Below, one piece after another: positions 21,316-31,615 of a stretch of DNA of 64,000 nt. The position numbers were made by a program, and so were the translations under genes. This DNA is from an uncultured Chthonomonadaceae bacterium (GTDB lineage Bacteria; Armatimonadota; Chthonomonadetes; Chthonomonadales; Chthonomonadaceae), in contig CAWFQB010000003.1 in NCBI GenBank assembly GCA_963817895.1, forward strand, positions 224,001 to 288,000. The letters are read 5' to 3'. Position 1 is the first letter of the stretch, and each line of letters opens with the position of its first letter. Below the pieces are notes generated by a model. It had not been told where the DNA came from. It saw only the letters and a program-made list of their open reading frames with translations, and made no database searches.

Positions 21316-22262
21316 GTTCCACTCCCAATTCACTGATTATGGGCGTTGCGGCGCATTACACAGGCGACATGCTGATGCCGTTCCTGAAATCGCTACGCCA
21401 AACATCCTATCAGGGCAGAGTGTGTCTGTTTGTCGGGCAGATGACCGACGAGTCTATTGCGCAAATACGCCGGTACGCGGAGGATGTGATTGTTCTGGAT
21501 GGCGAGTATGGACAGCAAATCGCGCGCTATAATTTGAATAGATGCGTGAATTTGTTGGGCTGGATGCGGCGAACGCGGCGTATTCGCCGCATGTATCCCG
21601 GCTGCTTTCAGGCTGTTTCGAAAATCGCCGCCGCTCCGCGCCGCAAAGCCCTGCAAAACGATCTGGAACAACGTTTGGAAGGCTACCAATCTCTGCGCTA
21701 CGCGGAGTATCTGAAGTACATCCAGAATTGCGCGTCGGACGCGGACTACATTTTGCTTTCCGATGTCCGCGATGTTATTTTTCAGGACGACCCGTTCAAA
21801 CATAAGTTTACCTTCGAACTGGAAACGTTTCAGGAAGCGGAACACCTGTGCATCAACGCCGAACCTTTCAATCAGCGCTGGATTGCGAATTTGTACGGAC
21901 AAGATATGCTGCGCGCGATTGGGGAACAAACCATCTCCTGTTCGGGAACCACAATGGGGACGCGGAACGGTATCCTGCGCTATCTTCAGGCCATGACAGC
22001 CGAACTCGCGCGGCATACGCGCCCACTGGGAAGCCACGATCAGGGCGTCCATAACTATCTGCTGTACAACAACGGCCTTGATCCGGTGGAAATCTATGCC
22101 AACGGGGTTGGCCCGGTACTCACGCTTGGCGGCGAAAAAGAACTCAGGCGCGACTCGCAGGGCCGGTTGCTCAACACGGACGGCTGCGTGGCTCCCGTTG
22201 TGCATCAATACGACCGTCACCCGAATCTGGCGCGGGAACTCCTGCGCCGTTTCGAAGCGTGA
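21312..22262 (+). CDS. Uncharacterised putative GT-A fold glycosyltransferase
   Basis: ILLSDVRDVIFQDDP, SGTTMG, DQGVHNYL, VVHQYDR. Translationally coupled to GT genes on both sides. Confidence 0.6.
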   Translation: MSSTPNSLIMGVAAHYTGDMLMPFLKSLRQTSYQGRVCLFVGQMTDESIAQIRRYAEDVIVLDGEYGQQIARYNLNRCVNLLGWMRRTRRIRRMYPGCFQAVSKIAAAPRRKALQNDLEQRLEGYQSLRYAEYLKYIQNCASDADYILLSDVRDVIFQDDPFKHKFTFELETFQEAEHLCINAEPFNQRWIANLYGQDMLRAIGEQTISCSGTTMGTRNGILRYLQAMTAELARHTRPLGSHDQGVHNYLLYNNGLDPVEIYANGVGPVLTLGGEKELRRDSQGRLLNTDGCVAPVVHQYDRHPNLARELLRRFEA

Positions 22263-23242
22263 ATGGAGCCGAGACGCCTGCAATGACAACTGCGCCCCTG
22301 ATAAGCATCATTATTCCCGCGTATAACTGCGCCCGCTTTCTGGAGCAAACGCTTAAAGGGATTTTGGCGCAAACCGTTATGGCATGGGAATGTGTTATCA
22401 TTGATGATGGGTCGGGGGACGAAACCGCTGCCATTGCCAAACGTTATGCCTGTGATGATGTTCGTTTTCGCGTGTTCGGCCAGCCCAATGGTGGCCCTTC
22501 GGTGGCGCGCAATCATGGGTTTCGCGTCAGCAATGCGGCTGCGCGGTATGTCACCTTTATGGACAGCGATGATGTCTGGTTGCCCCATGCGCTGCAAACG
22601 CTGCTCGGGGAGATTGAGCGACACCCGGACGCGATTGGCGCGCACGGCCTGGGAGAATACATAGACGCGCAGGGGAATGTTGTCCATCCCGGCGAGTATG
22701 CCGAACGCGGCAGGCGGCGCATGGGCTTCGACGGTAAAAAATTTCGTTTGTGGGACATCGCGCAGCCGACAAGTTTTGCGGTATTATCGCAGGGAAACGT
22801 TTTGTTTCCGCCAGGCCTCATTCTTGCCAGAAGAAGCGCGTATGACAAAGCCGGACCGTTTGACGAGTCGTTCAAAGGCCCGGAAGATTGGGATATGCTG
22901 ATACGCCTGAGCCGGCATGGCGATTTACGGTTTGTCAATGAGATCATTCTTCTGTATCGCCGTCACGATTCCAATCTGGGCGCGGTGGCGGGCATCGAGC
23001 GCGAAGCCTGGCGCGTACGGTGCAAAGCCTTCTTTTCACCGGAAAACAGCCCGGAACAACAGCGCATTGCGCGAGGCGGATGGCGAGCCTATCAAATCTA
23101 TATGACGCGCCAGCGAATGCGCCAGGCGGCGGAACATCTGTCACGACAACAGTACAAACAGGCGGCAGGCGCTATGGCGCGAATTCCCGTTCACTTGTAC
23201 CGATACGCGCAGGGGTTTCCAACGCAACGAAGACGCTCCTGA
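22259..23242 (+). CDS. Glycosyltransferase family 2
   Basis: ISIIIPAYN, IDDGSGD, ARNHG, FMDSDD, EDWDMLIR. Confidence 0.92.
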   Translation: MNGAETPAMTTAPLISIIIPAYNCARFLEQTLKGILAQTVMAWECVIIDDGSGDETAAIAKRYACDDVRFRVFGQPNGGPSVARNHGFRVSNAAARYVTFMDSDDVWLPHALQTLLGEIERHPDAIGAHGLGEYIDAQGNVVHPGEYAERGRRRMGFDGKKFRLWDIAQPTSFAVLSQGNVLFPPGLILARRSAYDKAGPFDESFKGPEDWDMLIRLSRHGDLRFVNEIILLYRRHDSNLGAVAGIEREAWRVRCKAFFSPENSPEQQRIARGGWRAYQIYMTRQRMRQAAEHLSRQQYKQAAGAMARIPVHLYRYAQGFPTQRRRS

Positions 23243-23333
23243 CGGTACAGAGCAATGAACAGTATAGCCTTGCCACAATGCCACGCCGATCCCATTTGCT
23301 TAATCCTGACTTCGGGTACACTATCGAATAAAC

Positions 23334-24272
23334 ATGCGCAGTCTTATCAAAGATTTGAAATCGCTTCATCAGGACTTTGGCGCCGCAATCCGTATTGCGG
23401 CGGACGCGCGTTCGCGCGTGCGGCTGATAGCGGATTTTTGCCTGTCTCGCCTCATGCGGCTGTGTTCGATTTACGGCATGGATCAAGAACGGCAAATTCA
23501 GTTGCGGGGCGGGGGAACGCTGACATATAGGCTCAATCGCGCCGATATTTACACGATACATGAGGTGTGGGTTGAAGAGATGTACCGTTTACCTGCCGAT
23601 CTCAAGCCCCGCCTGTTTGTGGATTTAGGCGCAAACATCGGCCTGACCAGTTTGTGGCTCGCGCGTCGTTATGGATGCGAACAGGTCATTGCTGTCGAGC
23701 CATCCCCCGGCAATGCCGCTCTCGCCCGCAAAAATTTGCTGTCCAAAACGTTTGCGGCCCATGTTGTGGAAGCCGCCGCCGGATCGGAAAACGGCACGGC
23801 GCTTTTTGATGCCGGTCCAAGTCCGACGAATGGGCGCATTGTCGGCGAGGACCCGGCGCAAAACAACGTTCAGTCCGGCCAATACGCGGTGCGCGTATTG
23901 AACATGGAGGCTGTTCTGAAGGACCTGCCGGAAACAACGCCGATAGATTTGATGAAAATTGACATCGAAGGCGGCGAACAGGATTTACTAAGCAGCAATA
24001 TCGGCTGGCTGGATCGGGTTTCCGCGCTCATAATCGAGTTTCATCCCGCATTGGTTAATTATGACCGCTTGATCGCCATTCTGGACGCTGTAGGTTTTCG
24101 TCGCGTGACAGTGCTTTGTACAAACCCAACAGGGGGCAACACGCTGGAATTTTGGGCGCGGTCCGTCCGCAGCGGGGGACATAAACGCCTCTGCCGTAAT
24201 GCAAAGTTTTCCCGTTGTGGCCTGAACATTTCTAACGCAGTCCACGAATTTGGCAGCGTTCCAACCCACTAA
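23334..24272 (+). CDS. FkbM-family methyltransferase
   Basis: VDLGANIG, AVEPSPGN, MKIDIEGGE, IIEFH. Confidence 0.88.
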   Translation: MRSLIKDLKSLHQDFGAAIRIAADARSRVRLIADFCLSRLMRLCSIYGMDQERQIQLRGGGTLTYRLNRADIYTIHEVWVEEMYRLPADLKPRLFVDLGANIGLTSLWLARRYGCEQVIAVEPSPGNAALARKNLLSKTFAAHVVEAAAGSENGTALFDAGPSPTNGRIVGEDPAQNNVQSGQYAVRVLNMEAVLKDLPETTPIDLMKIDIEGGEQDLLSSNIGWLDRVSALIIEFHPALVNYDRLIAILDAVGFRRVTVLCTNPTGGNTLEFWARSVRSGGHKRLCRNAKFSRCGLNISNAVHEFGSVPTH

Positions 24273-24281
24273 AGGTTTGCA

Positions 24282-25472
24282 ATGGATACTGCGCCGGACC
24301 TGATTTTTGTTTCGCTGGAAAACTGGGATGATATATGGCGGCGTAACCAGTTTATTTGCGCCGCCTACGCCCGCCGCTTTCCGCAAAGCAAAATTCTCTT
24401 TGTGGGCCTGCCACGCAATGTGTCGCATCATCTGCGAAGGGGAACGCTGAGGCAGTTGCGCGAGGAAGCGACATGGACAGTTGCCGATTTGCCCGGCATC
24501 ACCGTTACGCGCCCGTTGAAGCTGTTTCCCAACACGCTTGCCGCAGGACGCGAACTGAATGAGCGCGGTATGCGCGCCCATGTGCGCCATGCCGCGCGCC
24601 GGATGCGGTTGGATAACCCTGTCTTGTGGCTGAACCCGCATGATGCCGTTCATACTGTCGGACGTATGGACGAGCGCGCAGTGATTTATGACATCACCGA
24701 TGATTGGACGGAATTGTCGCAATCTCCCGCTCGTAAGGTGCTGGTTCAGGCGCAGGATGCCGCGCTGTGCCGCCGGGCGGATGCCGTTATCGTCTGCTCG
24801 GAAAAACTTTTCGCGCTGAAACGCGGCCTGGCGCGAAACCTGCATCTGATCCCGAATGGCGTGGACGCCGAACACTACCGCTGCGTACTGGAGGATACGG
24901 GCGCACTGCCTGAAGAAACAAGAGCCTGGCGCAAGCCGGTTCTGGGCTATACGGGCAGCATCCATCCCGACCGCGTGGATGTGGACTTGATTGCCGAACT
25001 TGCCTGCGCTCTGCCACAGGCAACCCTGGCCCTTGTCGGTCCGAATATGCTTCCCGAAGCGATGCGAACGCGCCTGCAAGCGCAGCCTAATATCATTTTC
25101 ACGGGCAGTATTCCGTATGCGCGTCTGCCGCAAATCATGCGCGCATTCGATGTGTGCATTGTGCCGCACCGCGTAACGCCCTTTACGGAAAGCCTGAATC
25201 CTATCAAATTATGGGAGTACCTGGCAGCGGGAAAACCGATTGTTTCTACTGATGTTGCCGGTTTTCGAGACTATCCTGAACATGTCGCCATTGCGCAGAA
25301 TTTAGAAATGTTTGTTCGCGCAGCCGGGGCGGCGCTGCATGAAGCGGATGCCCGAAAGCAGGCGCGTCGCGTCGAGGCGCGATGCCATTCCTGGGAGCGG
25401 CGTTTAGATGCCATCCTCGAAGCGCTGAAGCAGGCTGAAACGGCTGCGCAAGGATTGAGCGCGCAAGTTTAA
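24282..25472 (+). CDS. GT-B glycosyltransferase (GT4/TuaH-like)
   Basis: W...WRRNQ, IYDITDDW, IPNGVD, NPIKLWEYLAAGKPIVS. Confidence 0.88.
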   Translation: MDTAPDLIFVSLENWDDIWRRNQFICAAYARRFPQSKILFVGLPRNVSHHLRRGTLRQLREEATWTVADLPGITVTRPLKLFPNTLAAGRELNERGMRAHVRHAARRMRLDNPVLWLNPHDAVHTVGRMDERAVIYDITDDWTELSQSPARKVLVQAQDAALCRRADAVIVCSEKLFALKRGLARNLHLIPNGVDAEHYRCVLEDTGALPEETRAWRKPVLGYTGSIHPDRVDVDLIAELACALPQATLALVGPNMLPEAMRTRLQAQPNIIFTGSIPYARLPQIMRAFDVCIVPHRVTPFTESLNPIKLWEYLAAGKPIVSTDVAGFRDYPEHVAIAQNLEMFVRAAGAALHEADARKQARRVEARCHSWERRLDAILEALKQAETAAQGLSAQV

Positions 25473-25526
25473 AATATACAAGCAACGGAAATTATATACG
25501 AAATTTATAGTGTTAATAAAGTAGAA

Positions 25527-26847
25527 ATGGGCCACGAACAGGGGGCGCGATTGTATGAGAGGAAGAGCAAAATCGTAATAAGAACGGAATTGCCCCGTCT
25601 GATACAACTGGACGTGTTAAGAGGCGTGGCTATTCTGTTGGTGCTTGGAAGCCATGCGCCGGTGCCTGCATCCGCGGCAGGATGGCTGCAGCCATTCGCC
25701 GTTGTCTGGCAGCGTTTCGGATGGGCTGGAGTGGACTTATTCTTTGTACTCAGTGGCTTCTTAATCGGGGGGCTTTTATTTAATGAACTGCGAATACATT
25801 CGCGCCTGGATGTGCGTCGCTTTATTATTCGCCGCTGTTTCAAAATATGGCCCTCTTACTACTTATGTGTTTTCGCGGCATTTCTTTTGACGCTGGCGCG
25901 TACTCATGGTCAGTTCCCCACATCGTTTTGGATTGTATGGCCTAATATAGTTCATATACAAAACTATTGTATGGGTGAGCGGCCTATTCTGCATACTTGG
26001 AGTTCTGGCTGTTGAAGAACACTTTTACCTTGCCCTGCCTTTATGCCTGTTGCTTCTTCAAGGCAAACGTGACAGGCAACATTCCTATCTATCAGCGGTG
26101 CCGCTAATTGCTTGCAGCGTAATGATATTTTGCCTGGGCTTCCGTTGCATAGTGAATAGCCGCCATCCCTTCAACAGTTACACGCACATTTTCTACACGC
26201 ATATTCGCGCCGATTCTTTAATGTTCGGTGTTCTGCTCGCGTACTGGTATCATTTTGCTTCAGAAACATTAGCGCGGGTGTCTCAAAAGCGGTTTCTGTT
26301 GTCAGCAATCAGTCTGTTGTTAATTAGTCCGGCAATGATTTATAACAGAGAATCTACACTGTTTCTCTGGACTGTCGGTTATACAGCACTTTACTTTGGT
26401 TTTGGCGGTGTTTTACTGGTGATGGTAAACACGCAGCCTGGCGAGGGCTGGCTGGGAAAGCGCCTGGAAGGACGAACTGCGCAGTTGCTCGCATGGATAG
26501 GAACTTCCAGTTATACGATCTACCTATGGCATGGCTTGTTTGCGCTTCGGCCAGTCGAGAGTTTGGACCGTCACCTGCTGATTCATATTCCTTTCATCCG
26601 CTGGGGTTTCGGAATGACCCTGTATATTGGTCTTGCCATAGGCGTAGGTGTTTTTGCAGGCGCATTGGTTGACAGGCCAATGTTGCAAATGCGGAATCGC
26701 TTTTTTCCGGCTCGCGCGGATGCCTTGACGTTGCCCTTACAAAGTTTGCAGAGGAGGGAGACAGCAAGTTCATCGGATGTTGCGCTCTCTTCTGTTGCGC
26801 TTTCTGCGACAGAAACGGCAGGCGCGTTCTCAGAAAATATACATTGA
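25527..26847 (+). pseudogene. Acyltransferase-3, frameshifted near 26004 (possible sequencing indel)
   Basis: LDVLRGVAILLV, GVDLFFVLSGF. The conserved HTWS-LAVEEHFY motif is split across two frames by one extra base. Confidence 0.88.
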
Positions 26848-26870
26848 TGGGAACGCCTGGAGATTAATTT

Positions 26871-27851
26871 GTGATGCCCCCTCGCTTAAGCGTGACGATT
26901 GTCACCGGCAGCAGTAAGGAGATGTTGCGCGACTGTCTACACTCGCTGATTATGGACAATGCGGATGTGCCTGCCGAAATCATCGTTGTGGACAACGCTA
27001 CCCAAAGCGGTATTGTAGAAATGGTGGGAAACGACTTTCCCACTGTGCATCTGCTTGTCAATACGCATCGGAATGGCTTTGCCGCTAACCAGAACCGCGC
27101 CCTTCGCGCCAGTCATGGCGATTACATTTTGCTCTTAAATGACGATACAATCGTTCGTCCCGGCGCTCTTCAGGTTTTAACTAACTTTCTGGATCAACAT
27201 TCTGAAACAGGACTCGTTGGCTGCCGCCTTACTAACCCGGATGGCAGTTTGCAAAAAAGCTGCTATAAATTTCCTTCGCCTGCCCGTTCGATTGCGGAAA
27301 ATTTGTTTCTGGTCGCGGCCTTTCCCAATCATCCCTGGTGGGGCGATTACCGAGCATGGCCGCATGATCAAACGCGCAATGTTGATTTTGTTATCGGCGC
27401 TGCCATGCTGGCGCGCCGAGAAGTGGTTGAGACTGTCGGCTTGCTGGACGAGAGTTTTTTTGTGTACGCCGAGGAAACCGATTGGTGCAAGCGTATGCGT
27501 CAAGCAGGCTGGCAGGTCGCGTTTACGCCGGATGCCACTGTCGTTCATTATGGCGGTCAAAGTAGTGTTGCTATGAAAAACCAGCAATTTGTTGAGTTTA
27601 CGCGCAATCAAATGAGGTATATTATTAAACATCACGGGGTGTTTGGCGGCGCGGTCTACCGTGTTTCCATGCTCCTGGGCGCCGTCCTGCGCATTACGCT
27701 ATGGGGAATAGCCTCACTCGCGCGCCCTTCCAAACGCGCCACCGTAAAACTTTGGTGGCGTATTCTGCGTTGGCACCTGGGGTTCGGACCTCATCAGGGC
27801 ATTCGTGAATTGGCGACCGCCAAAAGCGCAGTGCCTTTTCCTGCGCTATAA
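26871..27851 (+). CDS. Glycosyltransferase family 2 (WbbL-like)
   Basis: VVDNA, GFAANQN, LLLNDD, LDESFFVYAEETDWC, HYGGQS. Confidence 0.92.
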   Translation: MMPPRLSVTIVTGSSKEMLRDCLHSLIMDNADVPAEIIVVDNATQSGIVEMVGNDFPTVHLLVNTHRNGFAANQNRALRASHGDYILLLNDDTIVRPGALQVLTNFLDQHSETGLVGCRLTNPDGSLQKSCYKFPSPARSIAENLFLVAAFPNHPWWGDYRAWPHDQTRNVDFVIGAAMLARREVVETVGLLDESFFVYAEETDWCKRMRQAGWQVAFTPDATVVHYGGQSSVAMKNQQFVEFTRNQMRYIIKHHGVFGGAVYRVSMLLGAVLRITLWGIASLARPSKRATVKLWWRILRWHLGFGPHQGIRELATAKSAVPFPAL

Positions 27852-27888
27852 GAGTTGCGCAGGAACAGCAACACCGTAAAAGCCTTTT

Positions 27889-29283
27889 ATGCACTCTACG
27901 CCCATCAACAAATCAACTTCGCCACAGCCGCTATCCCTGACGTCACTGATGCATCCGCAAGTCGCCACGCTGCTGATGCTGATTACCGTTGTTGCCGTTG
28001 CCGCTGTGTTTTGGAATTCGCCTGATCTGGCTCTTGCGCTTGTCTTTGTGGGCTTGTGTGTTCTGGTAGCGCACAAACACCGTTCCGGGTTCATCCTCGC
28101 GGCCTATGCTTCCTTTCCCTTTCAGAGTTCTCTGACAGGTGAAAATCTGGGAGGTAACTTCAGCGTATCCGATGCTCTACTGATTGTAGCCTTTCTGTCG
28201 CTGCCTATTTTGCTGCTGCACAGAAAGCGACTGGTTGTTGGTCCGGCTGGTACTGGATTGCTCCTGTTTCTTAGCCTTTCCACCATCTCCTCTGCCCTCC
28301 ATTGGGATGGGCTAGGCACTGCCGTCTCGTTGGCGCGCATGTGGGTCGCAACCTTTCTGGCGGTTCTGCTATTCGCCAACGTCAATGATCGTTTTGCGTT
28401 TGCGCATCGCTGCTTTACCGTATTTCTGGCAGGCATCAATATTCTGAGCATTGGCAGCGTCCTTGCCTTTTTTAAAGGAGGCATCAATGGCAGTATGTAT
28501 ACATTCGGCAACCACAAAAACCTGCTTGGGCCGATGTTCGGCTGTGGCATTGTGATTGCGCTGACCTACTTGTTCACCGGGCAGGCGCGAGGCAGGTGGC
28601 GCGTGTGGTTGGCCCTTACTGTTGCTGGCGCGAGTATCGGCATCTTGCTGTCTCTATCCCGGGGGGGTTGGATCGCCACTGCGATTGCCATTGCGCTGCT
28701 CCTTCTCATGTTGAGGCAATTAAAAGCGCTGGTAATCAGTGTTCTGGTAATGGTGCCTTTGCTGTTTCTCGTCTGGCAAATGCTGCCGGAAAAGGCGACA
28801 GACTATGCCTCCGATGTCTCCGGCAACGCGCATACCATTCAGACGCGATTGGCAACAATCAACCAGGTCATGGATGCGTACAATGAAAGCCCTTTGATTG
28901 GCGTCGGCGTCGGCTTGCGTAAAAAGCTCGAGCCGCACAATGTGCTGGTATTGACGCTTGGGGAAGAGGGTATCCTGGGGGTCTGTTGTTTCACAGGCAT
29001 GTTCGCGGGCGGCTTTTATACGTTTGCGGTCGCGTGGAGGTGGGCAAAGGCGGATGTTCAGGCGCGACAAATTATTATCATTGGCGCATGTCTGTTGCTT
29101 CTGTCGCTCGTTGCGGGCATGATGGATGTTTACTGGCGGCGCGGCGTTGGCTTTCTGGGATGGGCAGCCGTCGGCATGGCGGCGAACATCATTCACCTGG
29201 GGCAGGAGGGGAAACTGCCGACTGCCGCGCCGACAGACACGTCTCCAATAACGGCGGGGAAGTCAGCAGTAGCGGCGTTATGA
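27889..29283 (+). CDS. O-antigen ligase/polymerase family (Wzy_C) membrane protein
   Basis: About 12 TM helices, SLSRGGWIA, PLIGVGVG, PHNVLVLTLGEEGILG. Confidence 0.85.
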   Translation: MHSTPINKSTSPQPLSLTSLMHPQVATLLMLITVVAVAAVFWNSPDLALALVFVGLCVLVAHKHRSGFILAAYASFPFQSSLTGENLGGNFSVSDALLIVAFLSLPILLLHRKRLVVGPAGTGLLLFLSLSTISSALHWDGLGTAVSLARMWVATFLAVLLFANVNDRFAFAHRCFTVFLAGINILSIGSVLAFFKGGINGSMYTFGNHKNLLGPMFGCGIVIALTYLFTGQARGRWRVWLALTVAGASIGILLSLSRGGWIATAIAIALLLLMLRQLKALVISVLVMVPLLFLVWQMLPEKATDYASDVSGNAHTIQTRLATINQVMDAYNESPLIGVGVGLRKKLEPHNVLVLTLGEEGILGVCCFTGMFAGGFYTFAVAWRWAKADVQARQIIIIGACLLLLSLVAGMMDVYWRRGVGFLGWAAVGMAANIIHLGQEGKLPTAAPTDTSPITAGKSAVAAL

Positions 29284-30419
29284 TATCGGAACTGAGAGTG
29301 GTTCAACTGCTGGATACGGATCAGTTCGCGGGTACGGAACGCTATGTCCTGACGCTGTGCGCTGAACTGGCGCAACTCGGCGTCACGCCCTTTATTGCCT
29401 GCCTGCCCGATAGTCCGCTATGCAGGGAAGCGCGGCAACTGCATCTGCAAACATTACCGGTATTACAGCAGGGCAATCCCCTGCGCAACGTCCGCGCGCT
29501 CACATCCGCGCTGCGCGAGAACCGTATCACGCTGATACATGCGCATAATGGTCGAGCGACGCTGCTGGCCGCTCTGACGCGCCGTAAAATCGACATCCCG
29601 GCGCTGATGACGCAGCATTTCCTTGCGCCGCAGTTTACCACCTATCGTGGCCCGAAGCGCCTTGTGGCAGGGGTAGCCCATCATTGGGTCAATCGCCGGT
29701 TAGCGCATGTGATAGCTATTTCCGAGGCGGCGCGAAGCGCGATGATAACGCGGGAACACATTCCTCCCGGACGCATTACAACCGTTCCCAATGGCATATC
29801 GCTCATTGAGGAACCTGATGCGGAGCGTCGCGCGATGATTCGGCGGGAATTGAGTATTGCCGACAATCAGCCCCTTGTTGTCACAGTCGCGCGCCTGGCA
29901 GCGGAAAAAGGGATTTCCTGCCTGCTGCAAAGCATCGTATTGGTTGGTAAAACCTATTCTGAAGCGCGTTTTGTGGTTGTGGGCGCGGGACCCTTGCAGG
30001 AACAACTTCTTCGCGAGGCGAAACAATGGGGCATCGAGGACCGGCTTACCTTTACGGGGTTTCGCGGCGATGCGCAGAACTTCATTGCCGCCGGAGATAT
30101 TTTCGTTCTGCCCAGTCCGGCGGAGCCGTTCGGACTGGTATTGCTGGAAGCAATGGCATTGGCAAAACCTGTGATCGCCACCCGCGCGGGCGGGCCGCTG
30201 GAGATTGTGGAAGCGGACAGAACCGGCCTGCTGGTTCCCCCCGGCGACCCCAACGCGCTTGCGGATGCGATTACGCGATTGCTTTCGCAACCCGACACGG
30301 CGCAGACAATGGGACAGGCGGGCCGCCTTCGGTTTGAACAGCATTTTACCGCGCGGCAAATGGCGCAGGCGACGCTGGCAGTTTATGAAAAAGCAGTGAA
30401 GGGCGAGAGTGGAGAGTAA
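29280..30419 (+). CDS. Glycosyltransferase family 4
   Basis: AGTERY, VPNGI, ARLAAEKG, PSPAEPFGLVLLEAMA. ATGA overlap. Confidence 0.92.
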   Translation: MISELRVVQLLDTDQFAGTERYVLTLCAELAQLGVTPFIACLPDSPLCREARQLHLQTLPVLQQGNPLRNVRALTSALRENRITLIHAHNGRATLLAALTRRKIDIPALMTQHFLAPQFTTYRGPKRLVAGVAHHWVNRRLAHVIAISEAARSAMITREHIPPGRITTVPNGISLIEEPDAERRAMIRRELSIADNQPLVVTVARLAAEKGISCLLQSIVLVGKTYSEARFVVVGAGPLQEQLLREAKQWGIEDRLTFTGFRGDAQNFIAAGDIFVLPSPAEPFGLVLLEAMALAKPVIATRAGGPLEIVEADRTGLLVPPGDPNALADAITRLLSQPDTAQTMGQAGRLRFEQHFTARQMAQATLAVYEKAVKGESGE

Positions 30420-30427
30420 TTGCAGCC

Positions 30428-31615
30428 ATGCGCGTTTTGCTGATTTCCCATACCTGTCAGTCGCCTACGGAGGGGCAGCCCAAAGCGGAATGGCTGGCGC
30501 GCATGCCCGGTCTGAACCTGCGCGTTCTGGTTCCTGACCGCTGGAAACACTATGGCGCATGGCGGCAGGCCAGCGTTGCAAACGACTCCTGTGGAACGTA
30601 CCAGATCGGGCGCGTCGCCTGTCCCTGGGCGGGACCTGCGCAATTTTATCTGCACTGGTATCCCGAACTGGCGCAGCTACTGCGCGAGTTTCAGCCTGAT
30701 GTGATTGATTTGTGGGAGGAACCCTGGGGCTTGGTCAGCGCGCAGGCCTGCCGTCTGCGCCGCCTGCTGTTGCCGCAGGCGAAAATCATCTCGGAAACCG
30801 AACAGAACATTTACAAGATTCTGCCGCCGCCGTTTGAGTCGTTTCGCCGGTACACGTTGCGCCATGCCGATTACGTGGTGGCGCGCAGCGGGGAAGCCCT
30901 TGAAGTGGCTCGCCGCAAGGGGTATGACGGCTTGGCCCAGGTGGTTCCCAATGCCGTAGATACGACCCTGTTCCGGCCCCTGAACAGGCTGGAGTGCCGG
31001 CAGTCCCTGAACCTGGATACGAACCTGAATCTTGACGGCTTCATCGCCGGGTACATCGGGCGGCTGGTGGAGGAGAAGGGCTTGCGGGACATGGTGGACG
31101 CGCTGGCCTTCTGCCCCGAACATGTCAGTCTGTTGTTTGTGGGGGAGGGGCCGTATCAGGCCGCGCTGGAACAGCGGGCGCGCGAACTGGGCAAAACCCG
31201 GCAGGTGCGTTTTCTGCCCCGCCGTCCTCTGGAAGCGTTGCCTGTCGTGATGAACGCGCTGGATACGCTGGTTCTGGTTTCGCGCACAACGGGGCGATGG
31301 AAGGAGCAGTTCGGGCGCGTTTTGATTGAAGCGCATGCCTGCCGCATCCCGGTCATCGGCTCCACATCGGGCGCGATTCCCGAAGTTGTCGGCAGTGGCG
31401 GCCTGATTGTGCCGGAGCAAAATCCCCGCGCCCTGGCGGAAGCGATGCTGCAACTGGCGGCAGACCCCGAACTTGGCAGTCGCCTGGGAGAAGCGGGCTG
31501 CTGTCAGGTCGAACAGCAGTATACCTGGCAGCAGGTTGCCGAGCGCATGTATGCCATTTATCAGTATGCCCTGCATCCCACGCCGACAGAATCGCGGAAG
31601 GAGATGATTTTTTGA
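30428..31615 (+). CDS. Glycosyltransferase family 4
   Basis: WEEPW, VPNAVD, GRLVEEKG, WKEQFGRVLIEAHA. Confidence 0.92.
   Translation: MRVLLISHTCQSPTEGQPKAEWLARMPGLNLRVLVPDRWKHYGAWRQASVANDSCGTYQIGRVACPWAGPAQFYLHWYPELAQLLREFQPDVIDLWEEPWGLVSAQACRLRRLLLPQAKIISETEQNIYKILPPPFESFRRYTLRHADYVVARSGEALEVARRKGYDGLAQVVPNAVDTTLFRPLNRLECRQSLNLDTNLNLDGFIAGYIGRLVEEKGLRDMVDALAFCPEHVSLLFVGEGPYQAALEQRARELGKTRQVRFLPRRPLEALPVVMNALDTLVLVSRTTGRWKEQFGRVLIEAHACRIPVIGSTSGAIPEVVGSGGLIVPEQNPRALAEAMLQLAADPELGSRLGEAGCCQVEQQYTWQQVAERMYAIYQYALHPTPTESRKEMIF

Noticed and set aside
26778..31036. Small in-frame duplications (VALSSVALS in the AT3 tail; LNLDTNLNLD in a GT4)
   Set aside because: Short local slippage events in linker regions with no sign of function.
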